A stretch of DNA of 64,000 nucleotides from positions 18,609,880 through 18,673,879 of the forward strand of contig OZ316895.1 of assembly GCA_973895155.1 (NCBI GenBank). Reading direction: 5' to 3'. The DNA comes from Marsupella aquatica. Lineage: Eukaryota; Plantae; Marchantiophyta. Below, in pieces: positions 12,701 to 25,900 of the stretch. Each line of letters begins with the position of its first letter. Positions within the stretch are counted from its first letter, which is position 1. The position numbers were made by a program, and so were the translations under genes. Under the pieces are notes generated by a model. The model did no database searches, was not told the origin of the DNA, and saw only the letters and a program-made list of their open reading frames with translations.

Positions 12701-14438
12701 GCAGTGTCCTGCATTGTTGCCGTTGCCGTTGTCGTTGCCGATGCCGATCTCTTTTCTTTCTCCAGTAGTTTCAGCAGATTCTGCATGCCTGGTTGCTGCA
12801 TCAGCAAGTCCTCCGTCCTTGGCCTAAACACCTACTCGATCGTAGGGCTAACAGGTGGTTGAGGCTTCTCTGCTACCGGCCTCGGTGCTGGAGCTTCCTC
12901 GGGTGCCCTTACCTGCAGGGGAAGTACTGGGGCAAAGGTCCAACCTCTGGCATACCGGCACAATAGCGGCATGTGATAGCCAAGCCGCGACACGCTCCCC
13001 ATGCCGATTACCTGCCGCTCCTCCTTTAAGATCTTCTTCAATTGGTTGAGGAGGTACCCGTTGTAGTCTCGGCTTGGATCTGGCCTCTTTGCCAGATAGA
13101 CCTGTGCCTTGCCGATCTCTGCCCTCGGCAAGTTACAGTGCATGGTCACCCGCAAGAAGTCGATCATCTCTCCTATGTGTGGGTTGGTGCAGGTGTTCCG
13201 GAAGAAGTCATTCTTCGTTGATGGCCCGGGGAACGACCGGAACTCCTTGTCAGGCAAGGTCTTCCTGGTATCAACTTTGGTCTTATTGCCTATCGGCAAG
13301 CCAAACACTTCGGCAATCACCTTGGGAGTAAGATAGAAATCCTTCCCATATATCCTCGTGCAATTGGTCTCGGGTTCCCATGACCCCACGAATTCTAATA
13401 GGTCTGAATCCGGCACCTCCGGCTTCAGCCATGGTAATCTTACAAAGGCCTCTAAGCCGGATCCGGCCATGAAGCCTTGGTACTTCTTGGTCTGCATGGC
13501 CGTAAAGCATGCATCCTCCTCCCGTGCAAAATGTAGTTGCACCTCCATCGGTAGGGTTGCCGCCCAGCCTTTCCAGGTGTCATCCCTGGTTGGAATGGCC
13601 TTGATGGGATCGACCTCCTCCTCTTCGGCTTCTCCCTGCCTCCTGCTCTGCTGCTCGGCTGGCTTCCTTGGTGCCGCCGACCTCGTTCTTTTTGCCGGGG
13701 TGGCTTCATCGTTGACGGCTCCCTTCCTCTTCATCTCTGCTGCCGTGGAGGTTTCTCCTAGCACCGTTGCCGGGGTCCACCTTTCCGTGCTACCCTTCAA
13801 TTCCCAGTGTATGTCGTTGCAGTTCTTGATGGCCTCTCGAATGCCGATGATTCTGTCTTCACAAAACAGAAGATCGTCGAGCTGATTGGAAGTAGGAGTC
13901 CACAAGAACTCGGCGTTGATGAGTTTGCCTCCTAAGAAAGCCGTCTTCTGCAGCTCCCACAATCGAGCAAGCTCCTGCTGTTCTCGAGCGGCCCTTTCTG
14001 ATTCCTCGTCCTCGTAAGTCTTGATGTACTCAGTTGCCCGTTCGAACAAGCATCCCCAGAAATGTGCCGCTTGATTGACGTTGCTCATACCCTCCTTAGG
14101 TCGATCGTCGGTATCTACTCTCTCCCTGAGTGCTTGCCTAAGCAGCTGACAGTAGTTGGCCTCCCGTAGTCGTCTGCCTAGTTTGTGCTCGCAAATGAGC
14201 CACCATCTCCTGCAAGCGCTCCTTACCCCTCTCCTCTTCTGGTCCTTCCTCCCGTTGATCCTTCCTAGCCGCCGACGCTTAACGCGTCCTAACCCTAATC
14301 AAGTTTTCACCCCCAGCGTCCTTACCTCCGGCCTCGGCCCGGGTTCCATGGTTGCCCCTAATTGTTTATATTTTCCTTGTTTTGTCCCTATACTAAGGTG
14401 TTTCTAGGGTGCATTCCTGCTTTACCCACTTAACTGGC
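9780..14438 (-). repeat. 3' LTR of element B (first ~25 bp deleted)
   Basis: Near-identical to 49761-54441; joined directly to integrase at about 14439, without the PPT or the TGTGATG start. Confidence 0.9.
10688..14349 (-). pseudogene. LTR-encoded ORF, copy in B 3' LTR
   Basis: ORF pieces 14088-12832, 12831-11482 and 11509-10688; two nonsense transitions and a 1-bp deletion relative to the B 5' LTR copy. Confidence 0.9.
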
Positions 14439-17400
14439 ATGGTTACTCTAAAGGGTCCTAACCAGCGAGTGTAAAGCTTCCCTGGAAACCTACTATACCT
14501 ACTATCATAAAGTAACACAAGATCACCGGTGTGAATACTAACTACTTTCAACTTTTTATCATACTGCTGCTTCATGATATTTTGTCTATATTCTACTCTC
14601 TCTGCTGAAATCATTCTCGCCTCTTCTAAAGCTTCTAACCTATATTCTCGCTCCTTTAGGCTCTCCTCCGCTGAGGCTCTTTCCTCAATTGTAACTTGAA
14701 ATGTCGGTATCTCAAGTTGCATGGGTACCAGGGCTTCTTGTCCAAAGGTTAAGAAGAAGGGTGTATGACCGGTAGTGGATTTATAGGCTAGATTGTAAGC
14801 AAAAACAGCAGCAAAGAATTTATCATCCCAATCGAGTTTGTTCTGAGCTACTGTCTTGTTCAATATCTTTCCTATAATTCCGTTTGCTCGTTCTGTCAAC
14901 CCATTTGCCTTTGGATGGTAGGGAGTAGTAGGCCTATGTCTAACTAAAATACTGCTCATTTAAACGACTAATTATATCATTCAGAAAATGGGTTCCTCTA
15001 TCACTAACTAATTCTAGGGGTGCTCCATACCTGGTGAAGATCTGCTCATACATGAATCTAGCTGTAGTAATTGCATCATCCTTCGTTGTCGGTCTGGCCT
15101 CTACCCATTTAGTTGCATAATCCGTAGCCAGGATTATGTACTTGTTCCGTCGAGGGTGGGTCAGTGATTTCAGAGGTCCGATGTAATCAATACCCCACTT
15201 CTCAAATGGTGCCAGAGGTAGAATATGGTGCAATGGATGTCTGGTGGACGCCCTTGGTCCTCCCGCTCGTTGACAAGGATCGCATTGTTTGATAAACTGA
15301 TAGACATCCTTGTGCAAGGTGGGCCATCAGTAACCGGCATTTAATATCTTTTTAGACGTGGTTACTGGGGAAAAATGTCCTCCGGCCTCCTCTCCATGCA
15401 TGGCCCGTAGGACTCGTTTTACCTCTCCCTTTTCCAAACACCTTTGAATCGTGCCGTTGATTCCATGCTTGTGCAGTATGCCTTTAATGCACTGATACTG
15501 TCTGACCTTCCGCAAAAAGACTGCGGCTTGTTCTCGGCTTAATCCTAGCTATAATCTGGAAGTGCTGAGAAATTGTAAAATCTCAGGGTACCATGTATCA
15601 GCTATTTCTACAACGAATAGCTCCTCGTCGGGGAATCGATCATCGATGCAATCCGTGGCAGGTTCACCTATGATTCTTGAAAAGAAGTCGGCATTGGCAT
15701 GTAATTTTCCTGGCTTGATCCTCAGCTCATAGTCAAACTCCTGTAATAGCAAAATCCATCTTGCTACTCTGCCTGTAAGGTCCGGCTTATTGACTAGGTA
15801 CTTCAAACTTTCATGATCGGTATGAAAGATTACCTTGTACCCTAGTAAATAATGCCTAAACTTTTTACAGGAATAAATGACTCCTAATGCTTCTCTCTCT
15901 GTGGTGGAGTAGTTCCGTTCGGCATCGGCAAGCTGACGGCTTGCGAAGTATATGGGATGGTCCCTTCCTTTCTCATCCAACTGACTTAGTACTGAGCCGA
16001 TACAGAAGCCCGAGACATCTACAAAAACATGAAAATCTTTGTTCCAGTCCGGTGCTATCATGACTGGGGCCTCTACTAACATCTGTTTCAATTCTACCAC
16101 CGTTGTGACTCGTTCGGGTGTGGGTTCGAAGTCTGCTCCTACCTTGAGCATGTTGGTTAATGGTAAAGCTAGCTTGGCAAAATCCTTGATGAACCGGCGA
16201 TAGTAACCAATGCATCCCAAGAAGGATCTTACATCCTTTATGTTCTTAGGTTGCATGATATCTAGCCATACTGCTAGCTTACCTTTGTCAATCTCAATGC
16301 CCTTCCTTGATACCTTGTGACCTAGTAGCACCCCCTCGGTTACTACAAAGAAACATTTATCTGGGTGTAACTTGAGACCTACCTCTCTGCATCTCATGAA
16401 GGTTTTCCTGAGGTATTTAGCATGTTTCGATGCCTTCCCGAATACTGCAAAGTCATCAATGAAGATTTCCATGAACTTTCTCAAGTAATCATGAAAAATG
16501 TTCACCATTAATCGTTGGAACATAGCTGGTGCGTTGCAGAGTCCAAACGGCATACGATTGAAGACATAGATCCCCCATTCCGTGACGAAGGCCGTCTTGA
16601 TTTGGTCTTCCTGCCGAATCCTGATTTGGTTATAACCAGAGTACCCATCCATGAATGAATATAGTTCATGACTGGCTACCATGTCTAGTACCATATCAGT
16701 AAAGGGTAAGGGAAAATGGTCTTTTAACGTCGCTTCATTCAGTTTCCTGTAATCCTGACAAACCCGGATCTTGGGTTTACCATCGGGTCCAGCTTTCTTG
16801 GGAACTATCACAATTGGAGACACCCAATCTGAATGCAGGACTGGAGTGATGAATCCAGCTTCCACTAGTTTGTCGATTTCCGTTTTGACCAGCAGGGAAT
16901 ACTTCAGGTTCATCCTTCGAATTGGTTGCCGAAATGATTTGGCTCCTAACATGAGATCAATTCAATGTTCCCCTAATGTTGGATCTACTCCCTTTAGATC
17001 TTGGTGACTCCATGCAAACACATCCTGAAATTCAATCAATAAGTCACTGATCTCTTTCTCGAGCTCAGGTGCTAGGTTTCTCCCTAAGTTTAGTTCCCTT
17101 CCCTCTCCTAAGTCGAGCTTCCAATATTGCCGCGCTTGGATCACATTAATCTGCTTCTTCAAATTTGGGTCCAGCTCGGCTTCCAGTCTCTCCAGTCTCA
17201 TACCTCCATAAACTGGAATCTCGGCTGTACTAGCCGAGTCGGTCTCTTCCTTGGTGTCCATAGATTGTCCCCTTGCCGGTTTATCCAGTTTTGAATTGGT
17301 GGTCGGCTTCCCTTCCTGCCTCGGCTCTGGATTCTGTCTGTGCATCTCATCCACCTCTTCCTCCTGAGGGTCAGGCCGTTGTGCTCTCCCGGCTTCTAAT

Positions 17401-17629
17401 AGGGCCTCAATTTGTTCTGCCCTCGTAATCGGCTTGTATGCCGATCCCTTGGTATTTAATTCCTTGCCGATGATCGATGGCGTTGTGAACCCTGCCGGCT
17501 CTGCCACAACGCCTGCAGAAAATCCACTGTCCCTGCTACTGCTCCCCACTTAGCCGTTGCATCCAATTGGTCTACATCCTTTGCTTCCTCCGGAATTGCA
17601 GCTAAAAAGGTGGATTCTATTGTAAAGCA
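14439..17629 (-). pseudogene. pol of element B (RT, RNase H, integrase; C-terminus deleted)
   Basis: RT CQDYRKLN, FMDGYSGYNQI and FIDD; RNase H; integrase H-H-C-C zinc finger, WGIDY, SDRGTHF, ANGLTER and WLGPF; several stops and frameshifts. Confidence 0.93.
17456..17525 (-). other. Candidate -1 programmed ribosomal frameshift signal, copy B
   Basis: G GAT TTT at 17525-17519, 5-nt spacer, stem GGCGTTGTG/CACAACGCC; the zero frame stops at 17456 and the -1 frame continues to RT. Confidence 0.65.
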
Positions 17630-17634
17630 GTCCT

Positions 17635-18100
17635 TGTGGTGCGTCCCATGGCTCCCTAAACCCAAGAAACCCCCCAGCTCAAGCCGATTCCCGCAGGTTT
17701 CATGCTTGGCGAGGCCGTTTCCGCGGCTTAGCGGCATGGGACGCTGCTAACCTTCTACTACTACTATTAACATTTTACACACATATACTGGACAGATCCT
17801 TCATCGGGTCATGAGATACGTAGCCGGCCTAATATAGGCCTTCCCCTGTCTTCCCCTGTCTTCCCCTCCGTCTTGTTAGGTATGTTTGGATTCCGCCGCC
17901 GGAATGATCCCCAATAGGCTTGGTTAAGTCGCTAAGACCTCTCTTAGCTCGACACATCCAACTCTCACTCCCCTGCTTACTTTCCTTCCTTCTGTTGATG
18001 TGGGCACTCTTCACACAAGTTAATGCGACACACAAATAGCAAAATGACTCATTCTGACTGAGTCATACCATGCACTTGCCATACAAACAGTACATCTCAT
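17635..18100 (-). repeat. Remnant (3' end only) of the 3' LTR of element C
   Basis: Matches 23958-24423; fused to the integrase coding region at about 18100 by a >4 kb deletion. Confidence 0.88.
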
Positions 18101-20964
18101 CTCTCCTCCGCTGAGGCTCTTTCCTCAATTGTAACTTGAAATGTCGGTATCTCAAGTTGCATGGGTACCAGGGCTTCTTGTCCAAAGGTTAAGAAGAAGG
18201 GTGTATGACCGGTAGTGGATTTATAGGCAAGATTGTAAGCAAAAACAGCAACAAACAATTTATCATCCCAATCGAGTTTGTTCTGAGCTATTGTCTTGTT
18301 CAATATCTTTCCTATAATTCCGTTTGCTCGTTCTGTCAACCCGTTTGCCTTTGGATGGTAGGGAGTAGTAGGCCTATGTTTAACTAAATACTGCTCATTT
18401 AAACGACTAATTATATCATTCAAAAAATGGGTTCCTCTATCACTAACTAATTCTAGGGGTGCTCCATACCTGGTGAAGATCTGCTCATACATGAATCTAG
18501 CCGTAGTAATTGCATCATCCTTCGTTGTTGGTCTGGCCTCTACCCATTTAGTTGCATAATCCGTAGCCAGGATTATGTACTTGTTCCGTCGAGGGTGGGT
18601 CAGTGGTTTCAGAGGTCCAATGTAATCAATACCCCACTTCTCGAATGGTGCCAGAGGTAGAATAGGGTGTAGTGGATGCCTGGTGGACGCCCTTGGTCCT
18701 CCCGCTCGTTGACAAGGATCGCATTGTTTGATAAACTGATAGACATCTTTGTGCAAGGTGGGCCACCAGTAACCGGCATTTAATATCTTTTTAGACGTGG
18801 TTACTGGGGCAAAATGTCCTCCGGCCTCCTCTCCATGCATGGCCCGTAGGACTCGTTTTACCTCTCTCTTTTCCAAACATCTTTGAATCGTGCCGTTGAT
18901 TCCATGCTTGTGCAGTATGCCTTTAATGCACTGATACTGTCTGACCTTCCGCACAAAGACTGCGGCTTGCTCTCGGCTTAATCCTGGCTGTAATCTGGAA
19001 GTGCTGAGAAATTGTAAAATCTCAGGGTACCATGTATCAGCTATTTCCACAACGAATAGCTCCTCGTCGGGGAATCGATCATCGATGCAATCCGTGGCAG
19101 GTTTACCTGTGATCCTTGAAAAGAAGTCGGCATTGGCATGTAACTTTCCCGGCTTGATCCTCAGCTCATAGTCAAACTCCTGTAATAGCAAAATCCATCT
19201 TGCTACTCTGCCTGTAAGGTCCGGCTTATTGACTAGGTACTTCAAACTTTCGTGATCAGTATGAAAGATTACCTTGTACCCTAGTAAATAATGCCTAAAC
19301 TTTTTACAAGAATAAATGACTCCTAATGCTTCTCTTTCCGTGGTAGAGTAGTTCCGTTCGGCATCGGCAAGCTGACGGCTTGCGAAGTATATGGGATGGT
19401 CCCTTCCTTTCTCATCCAACTGACTTAGTACTGAGCCAATACAGAAGCCCGAGACATCTACAAAAACATGAAAATCTTTGTTCCAGTCCGGTGCTATCAT
19501 GACTGGGGCCTCTACTAACATCTGCTTCAATTCTACCACCGCTGTGACTCGTTCGGGTGTGGGTTCGAAGTCTGCTCCTGCCTTGAGCATATTGGTTAAT
19601 GGTAAAGCTAGCTTGGCAAAATCCTTGATGAACTGGCGATAGTAACCAATGCATCCCAAGAAGGATCTTACATCCTTTATGTTCTTAGGTTGCATGATAT
19701 CTAGCCATACTGCTAGCTTACCTTTGTCAATCTCAATGCCCTTCCTTGATACCTTGTGACCTAGTAGCACCCCCTCGGTTACTGCAAAAAAACATTTATC
19801 TGGGTGTAACTTGAGACCCACCTCTCTACATCTCATGAAGGTTTTCCTGAGGTATTTAGCATGTTTCGATGCCTTCCCGAATACTGCAAAGTCATCAATG
19901 AAGATTTCCATGAACTTTCTCAAGTAATCATGAAAAATGTTCACCATTAATCGTTGGAACATAGCTGGTGCGTTGCAGAGTCCAAACGGCATACGATTGA
20001 AGACATAGATCCCCCATTCCGTGATGAAGGCCGTCTTGATTTGGTCTTCCTGCCGAATCCTGATTTGGTTATAACCAGAGTATCCATCCATGAATGAATA
20101 TAGTTCATGACTGGCTACCATGTCTAGTACCATATCAGTAAACGGTAAAGGAAAATGGTCTTTTAATGTTGCTTCATTCAGCTTCCTGTAATCCTGACAA
20201 ACCCGGATCTTGGGTTTACCATCGGGTCCAGCTTTCTTGGGAACTATCACAATTGGAGACACCCAGTCTGAATGCAGGACTGGAGTGATGAATCCAGCTT
20301 CCACTAGTTTGTCGATTTCTGTTTTGACCAGCAGGGAATACTTCGGGTTCATCCTTCGAATTGGTTGTCGAAATGATTTGGCTCCTAACATGAGATCAAT
20401 TCGATGTTCCCCTAGTGTTGGATCTACTCCCTTTAGATCTTGGTGACTCCATGCAAACACATCTTGAAATTCAATCAATAAGTCACTGATCTCTTTCTCG
20501 AGCTCAGGTGCTAGGTTTCTCCCTAAGTTCAGTTCTCTTCCCTCTCCTTAGTCGAGCTTCCGATATTGCCGTGCTTGGATCATATTAATCTGCTTCTTCA
20601 AATTCGGGTCCAGTTCGGCTTCCAGTCTCTCTAATCTCATACCTCCATAAACTGGGATCTCGGCTGGACTAGCCGAGTCGGTCCCTTCCTTGGTGTCCAT
20701 AGATTGTCCCCTTACCGGTCTATGCGGTTTTGAATTAGTGGTCGGCTCCCCTTCCTGCCTTGGCTCTGGATCGTGTCTGTCCATCTCATCCACCTCTTGC
20801 TCCTGAGAGTTAGGCCGCTGTGCTCTCTCGGCTTCTAATAGGGCCTCAATTTGTTCTGCCCTCGTAATCGGCTTGTATGCCGATCCCTTGGTATTTAATT
20901 CCTTGCCGATGATCGATGGCGTTGTGAACCCTGCCGGCTCTGCCACAACGCCTGCAGAAAATCC
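18097..20964 (-). pseudogene. pol of element C (RT-RNase H-integrase; 793-aa open segment 20478-18097, C-terminus deleted)
   Basis: Gypsy domain order RT-RH-INT with intact catalytic motifs; one premature stop at 20548. Confidence 0.95.
20895..20964 (-). other. Candidate -1 programmed ribosomal frameshift signal, copy C
   Basis: G GAT TTT at 20964-20958; stem arms 20952-20944 and 20926-20918; possible loop pairing with 20909-20905. Confidence 0.65.
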
Positions 20965-23888
20965 ACTGTCCCTGCTACTGCTCCCCACTTAGCTGTTTCA
21001 TCCAATTGGTCTACATCCTTTACTTCCTCCGGAATTGCAGCTAAAAAGGTGGATTCTATTGTAAAGCAGTCCTCGACCTCTTCGTCTTCTTCTTCCAAGT
21101 CACCTTCCATTGGTTCTTGCCATAATCCGCTGGGGGCTACCTCTGGTCCAAAGACTCCTTCTTTGGTTAGGTTAGTGAGGCATTCTAACCAACGTACTTC
21201 ATTGGCTGACTCCAGTCCACTGTCGTACCCATCTACTTCCCTTATGCTTTTCCTACGGTCATCCTTAGTGTCCCAGGATACCGTGATAGAGGGGGTCCCG
21301 AAAGTGAACTGCTTTTTACCCCAATCTTCTATTACCTCGGCTAGGTACAGCCATGGCCTACCAATCAATAGCTGGAATGACGTAGGATTTACCGGCTTCA
21401 TTACTACATAGTTAATGCTAAAGAAGATACCTCCTATCTCTGTCTTGATGCCGGTTAACACTCCCGTGGGAATGACCTGATATCCATTGGCCATGTTCAA
21501 CACTCTTCCAGTCATCTCCGGTGTTAGACCCCACCCTTTTGCTGTTGAATCAATCATAATACATACCCCTGATCCTCCATCGATGGGTACCCGTAGTAAT
21601 AATTCTCCTTGAATCATTAATGGTAATGCTGGGGCTCCTTGATCTTCTTCTATCATTAGTACGTCGGATCTGGTTGCTACCTTGGGTTATCTTGGCTTGC
21701 CGAGAATAGCCTTCCTTAATTGCTTCCGGAAATACGGGCTATTTTTCAATAGTTGACCTACTGTTGCCGAGACTCTAGATTCTAGTACATCTTTAGCCAG
21801 GTCATAGGGAACAATCGGCTTCTCTTCTGGTGGTGTTTCCGTCTTGGATTCGGCCAGTTTTGCCACGCTAGTCTCCACAGCTGTTGGGTCTTCCGAAGCA
21901 AACAATGCTTTTGCTCGTTTTACATCCTTGGCAATGGCTTCGGTATTCTCCAGGGTTTCTAATTCTCTTAGTTGTTCCTTAACACTAGCCGTAACAGAGG
22001 GGTAGAACAACTTAGGATGATCTCGATTGAAGTCGCTATCTTGTGAAGGATTGGTTTCACTGGTGGGCTCATGGCTTACCTGTATTGCCGGAGCTCTCCC
22101 TTCTCCTTCTGTTGATGTTGACGAAGAGTCGATCCTTTCCTCCGTAACCTTCCCTTTATTTTTGGCCAGCCCATCCCACCTTTCCTTCCTTCTGGTAGAT
22201 CGAGTAGAGACCCGGTAGCAATCATGATCTAAATCCTCCTCTGAGAAGGTTGATAGGGCTTCGGCCTCATCAGCAGATGGTACGAACTCTGCCTCGGCAT
22301 CCTCTTGCCATCCTAGTTCGATGTGGTTGATTTGAACTCCTCCGGGGGTAGTACCTGGCGGTAAGATCTTGATCGGCAAAAGCTTATGATTTGCGGCCAG
22401 GCCTGCCAACCAAGTAGGACATTGCCCTAGCATATGACCTTCCTGTCGGCATCCCATACATAGCTGAGCTGGTTGTCCATCACCCTGTTTGCGTGCATTC
22501 GGGCATTCTCTAGCAAAATGGCCAGGTTGACCACAATTATAGCACGCCGCAAATCTTTGCACATTCGGCCTAGGAGGTACTGACGGGTTCTGAATAATCC
22601 GAGGATACATCTCTCCTGGATTGTTCCTTAACCCTGACCACAGAGATGCAGGTCTGTTGGATAGGTCTCGTGCTCCAGTCTCACTGATGCCGAAAACACT
22701 ATCAGCGGCATCTCCTAAAAAGTACTCTACTTCTCCCTGACATGGTCTGATCTCGGCCACATGCCGAACATGATTAGTATTAAGCTTAGGACACGCATCT
22801 TTATGGTGTCCGGTTTTATAACATAAGGCACACCATACAGAGCTATCCTCCTGTACTACCTTCTTCTTTGGTTTTACCTCTGCAATGATAGCCTTAAGTT
22901 GCTCGGTAAGGGCTACGATGTTATCTGGTGGCTTAGCCTCCATCTTGACTTTCGTCTTCCCTCTCCTTCTGCCCTTCCTTTTCCTAGTTTTTTCTTCTTC
23001 AGAACTAGAAGATGACTCACTCTTGCTACTCCCACTATCCGAGCTTGACTTATCACTTCTAGACTTCTTGGGATGTTTCTTCTTCTTATCTTTTCTCTTA
23101 TGGGGTGATCCCTCCTCTGATGAGGAACTCTCAGACTTAAGCTGTTTCTTCCGGCTTGTGATATCTGCATTAATGTATAATTGAATATCCTTAATTGCTT
23201 CGGCTAAAGTCTCCGGGTTCTCCTTCCTAATTGCAAAACTCATCTTCTGTGGCAAAGCATTCACCAACCATTGAAGTTGCATACCTTCAGATGCATTGGT
23301 CTTTGTACGTCTTACCAGTTTCTGAAAGCGTTGCAAGAACTTCCTGAAGGATTTGTTCTCCTTGAACCGAAGTTGTCCCAACTTCAGCACTGCTAGTTCT
23401 GAAGTTCCAATGGGTCGAAACTCCTTAACAAAGAGTGTTTTGAAGATATCCCAGATGGCTTGATCTTCCACATCTAATGCTCTGTACCAAGGCCTAGCCT
23501 CACCCTTGAACAGGTCGGGAAGAATCTGCATCTTGATGGCCGATTCTCCATTTGCTGCAGTGGTTCCCTCGAAATCATCCAACCATTCGTCCGGATCCTC
23601 ATCTCCTCTCCCATGAAATGCCTTGTAATGTATGCGCGACCGCTGGCTCAATCTGGTCCCTGGCCTCTCGTCTGGCCGTGCCTCTGGTTCCCCCATGTCA
23701 GTTGGAGACTCACTTCTCCTTACCGACTCTTCTTCTGGTATGTCTTCTTTGACGCCACTTCCAGTTTCGGAGCTACCAGCTCTTTCTGCCCCTCTCAGTC
23801 GCTGTGTATCATGCCACCCGGCGAGCTGCTGCAGTCGAGCTCTCTCCCGTTGAATCACTCTTTCTTCCCTCGGCGTAAGGTCAGTCAT
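20895..23888 (-). pseudogene. gag-protease ORF of element C (one premature stop at 21687)
   Basis: Retrotransposon gag core, Ser/Lys-rich linker, three CX2CX4HX4C knuckles, protease PIDGGSGV...LLIGRPWL in the same frame. Confidence 0.93.
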
Positions 23889-23935
23889 TACCTACGCTTC
23901 CGTTCTAACTTCATATCTCACGGCTTAAGAAATGC

Positions 23936-23953
23936 CCCCTCCATCTAGCGCCA
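23936..23953 (-). other. Primer binding site (tRNA-Asn type) of element C
   Basis: TGGCGCTAGATGGAGGGG on the - strand, 4 nt from the LTR end at 23958. Confidence 0.8.
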
Positions 23954-23957
23954 AAAA

Positions 23958-25527
23958 TGTGGTGCGTCCCATGGCTCCCTAAACCCAAGAAACCCCCCAG
24001 CTCAAGCCGATTCCCGCAGGTTTCGTGCTTGGCGAGGCCGTTTCCGCGGCTTAGCGGCATGGGACGCTGCTAACCTTCTACTACTACTATTAACATTTTA
24101 CACACATATACTGGACAGATCCTTCATCGGGTCATGAGATACGTAGCCGGCCTAATATAGGCCTTCCCCTGTCTTCCCCTGTCTTCCCCTCCGTCTTGTT
24201 AGGTATGTTTGGATTCCGCCGCCGGAATGATCCCCAATAGGCTTGGTTAAGCTGCTAAGACCTCTCTTAGCTCGACACATCCAACTCTCACTCCCCTGCT
24301 TACTTTCCTTCCTTTTGTTGATGTGGGCACTCTTCACACAAGTTAATGCGACACACAAATAGCAAAATGACTCATTCTGACTGAGTCATACCATGCACTT
24401 GCCATACAAACAGTACATCTCATACACAAGTTCTGCGAACTAAGCCGTGAGGCCAACTCTATTCAGCTCTTAGGCATGAGGAAACATGAATATACACAAG
24501 GGTCACTGTATGACTAACCGAGAGCTTCTCGTACTACTTGATCCCAGCCCGGCTGGTGCAAACTAAAAACTTGCTAAAGAAGAGGCCCTGAGCTCCCCGC
24601 TGCCCAGGTACTTATCCTGGTAGTGGATCCGCCATTCTTTGCATCGTAAGCCTAATCTACTTAACAGTAATCTACTTGCCCGAATCTACCTATGTACAAC
24701 AAGGCAGGAGCACAAGTGTTGCTCCTACCAGTGGGACCGCAATCCCACTAAGCTAAGTGTCAGGGCCGCTCCTGGTTCTGATCCTAATCCTAAACGTGGA
24801 GATCCGCGCCCGCCCTGCCCACTCACGCCTCCTCCCTCCACGTCCGCCCTCCCTAAAAGGAACGGCGCCCTTGCACCGTCACGACACCGGTGGTGGATCC
24901 TTAATGGACGCCCCCAACGCTTCCTCCACAGCCACTGCCGTAGGCTCATTCCCTGACAGATTACCTGCCCTTGACTGAGTCAACTCTCCATCGGCCTGAC
25001 TGGGTCCACCATCGGCGTCGGCATCGGCTCGAGAATCGGTTACGGCCTCAGCCTCGGCTACGGTCTCCCCGGCCTGCTCAAGAGGCGGATCTGGAATACT
25101 GGCCTCCTTACTGAGTAGTTTGGCTTGGGCCGCACCATCCCTACCTGTGATCATAGCGGGATCTATTGCCGTATTCATGTCGGAGGATGGTGCTGGTTCT
25201 ACCTCTTTGGTCACCACGGCTTGTGGAGTCGGATTACTCCTTGACCCTGAAGGTTTCCGCTTTTTCTTCTTTTCTGGTTCGGCAGCTGGTCCCTTCCCCT
25301 TCCCACTTACCTCCGGCGCTGGTGCAGTTGGCGCGGCTTTTTCTTCGGCCAGTACCACTCCTGGTAACTTGGTTGCCCCAATTGGAGTTGGGCCTGATGA
25401 AGACAAGCACCTAAATACTGCGGCTTGTTTCTTCAGCCGCTCCGTTTGGTTGTCGGCCCGCCGCTGGAGGTTCTCCATCTTCCTCGTGATTTCCTCCAAC
25501 TCCTCCTGGGTCTCATCCAGGTCCTTG
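23958..25527 (-). repeat. 5' LTR of element C, distal part (split by the CACTA element); contains the end of the LTR ORF (24879-25527)
   Basis: Colinear with the B LTRs; continues at 43771. Confidence 0.9.
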
Positions 25528-25900
25528 CACTAGAAGAATCCGAGGTGAACTGAGACCGCAATATATGACTCATTTTGGCTCATGTGACTTCATTGTGACT
25601 CAACGTGACTTGACCCACGCTGTGACCCTTGGAGTTGCAAAAGTTGAGACCAAAAAATGGAAGTCACTATTGATACTGGGCTTTGCAACTTGCTTGATAC
25701 CCATTTGTGACTGATCTGTGACTTTATTGTGGAGTCTAGCCTTGTTTCGACGTGACTGCAATATGACTTCAGCGAGTCACATCGTAAGTCACATACATGA
25801 CTTACCCGCATTCAACAACGACTAGCGTGTGACTATTTAGTGTCACAGGAGAGACCAATGGAGACCCTGGCCCGCGTCACACAACAGAACCATTTGGGAC
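25528..25900. repeat. CACTA left TIR and subterminal repeats
   Basis: Dense TGACT/AGTCAC and GAGACC motifs in both orientations next to the TIR. Confidence 0.75.

Noticed and set aside
10827-13885. Antisense ORFs of 140-220 aa recurring in each LTR copy
   Set aside because: They are shadows of the E/K/A-rich sense ORF, give Ser/Phe/Leu low-complexity translations, and recur only because the copies are near-identical
20548-21200. Additional (archaeal-type) RNase H between protease and RT
   Set aside because: The segment is acidic and low-complexity with no recognisable RNase H catalytic motifs
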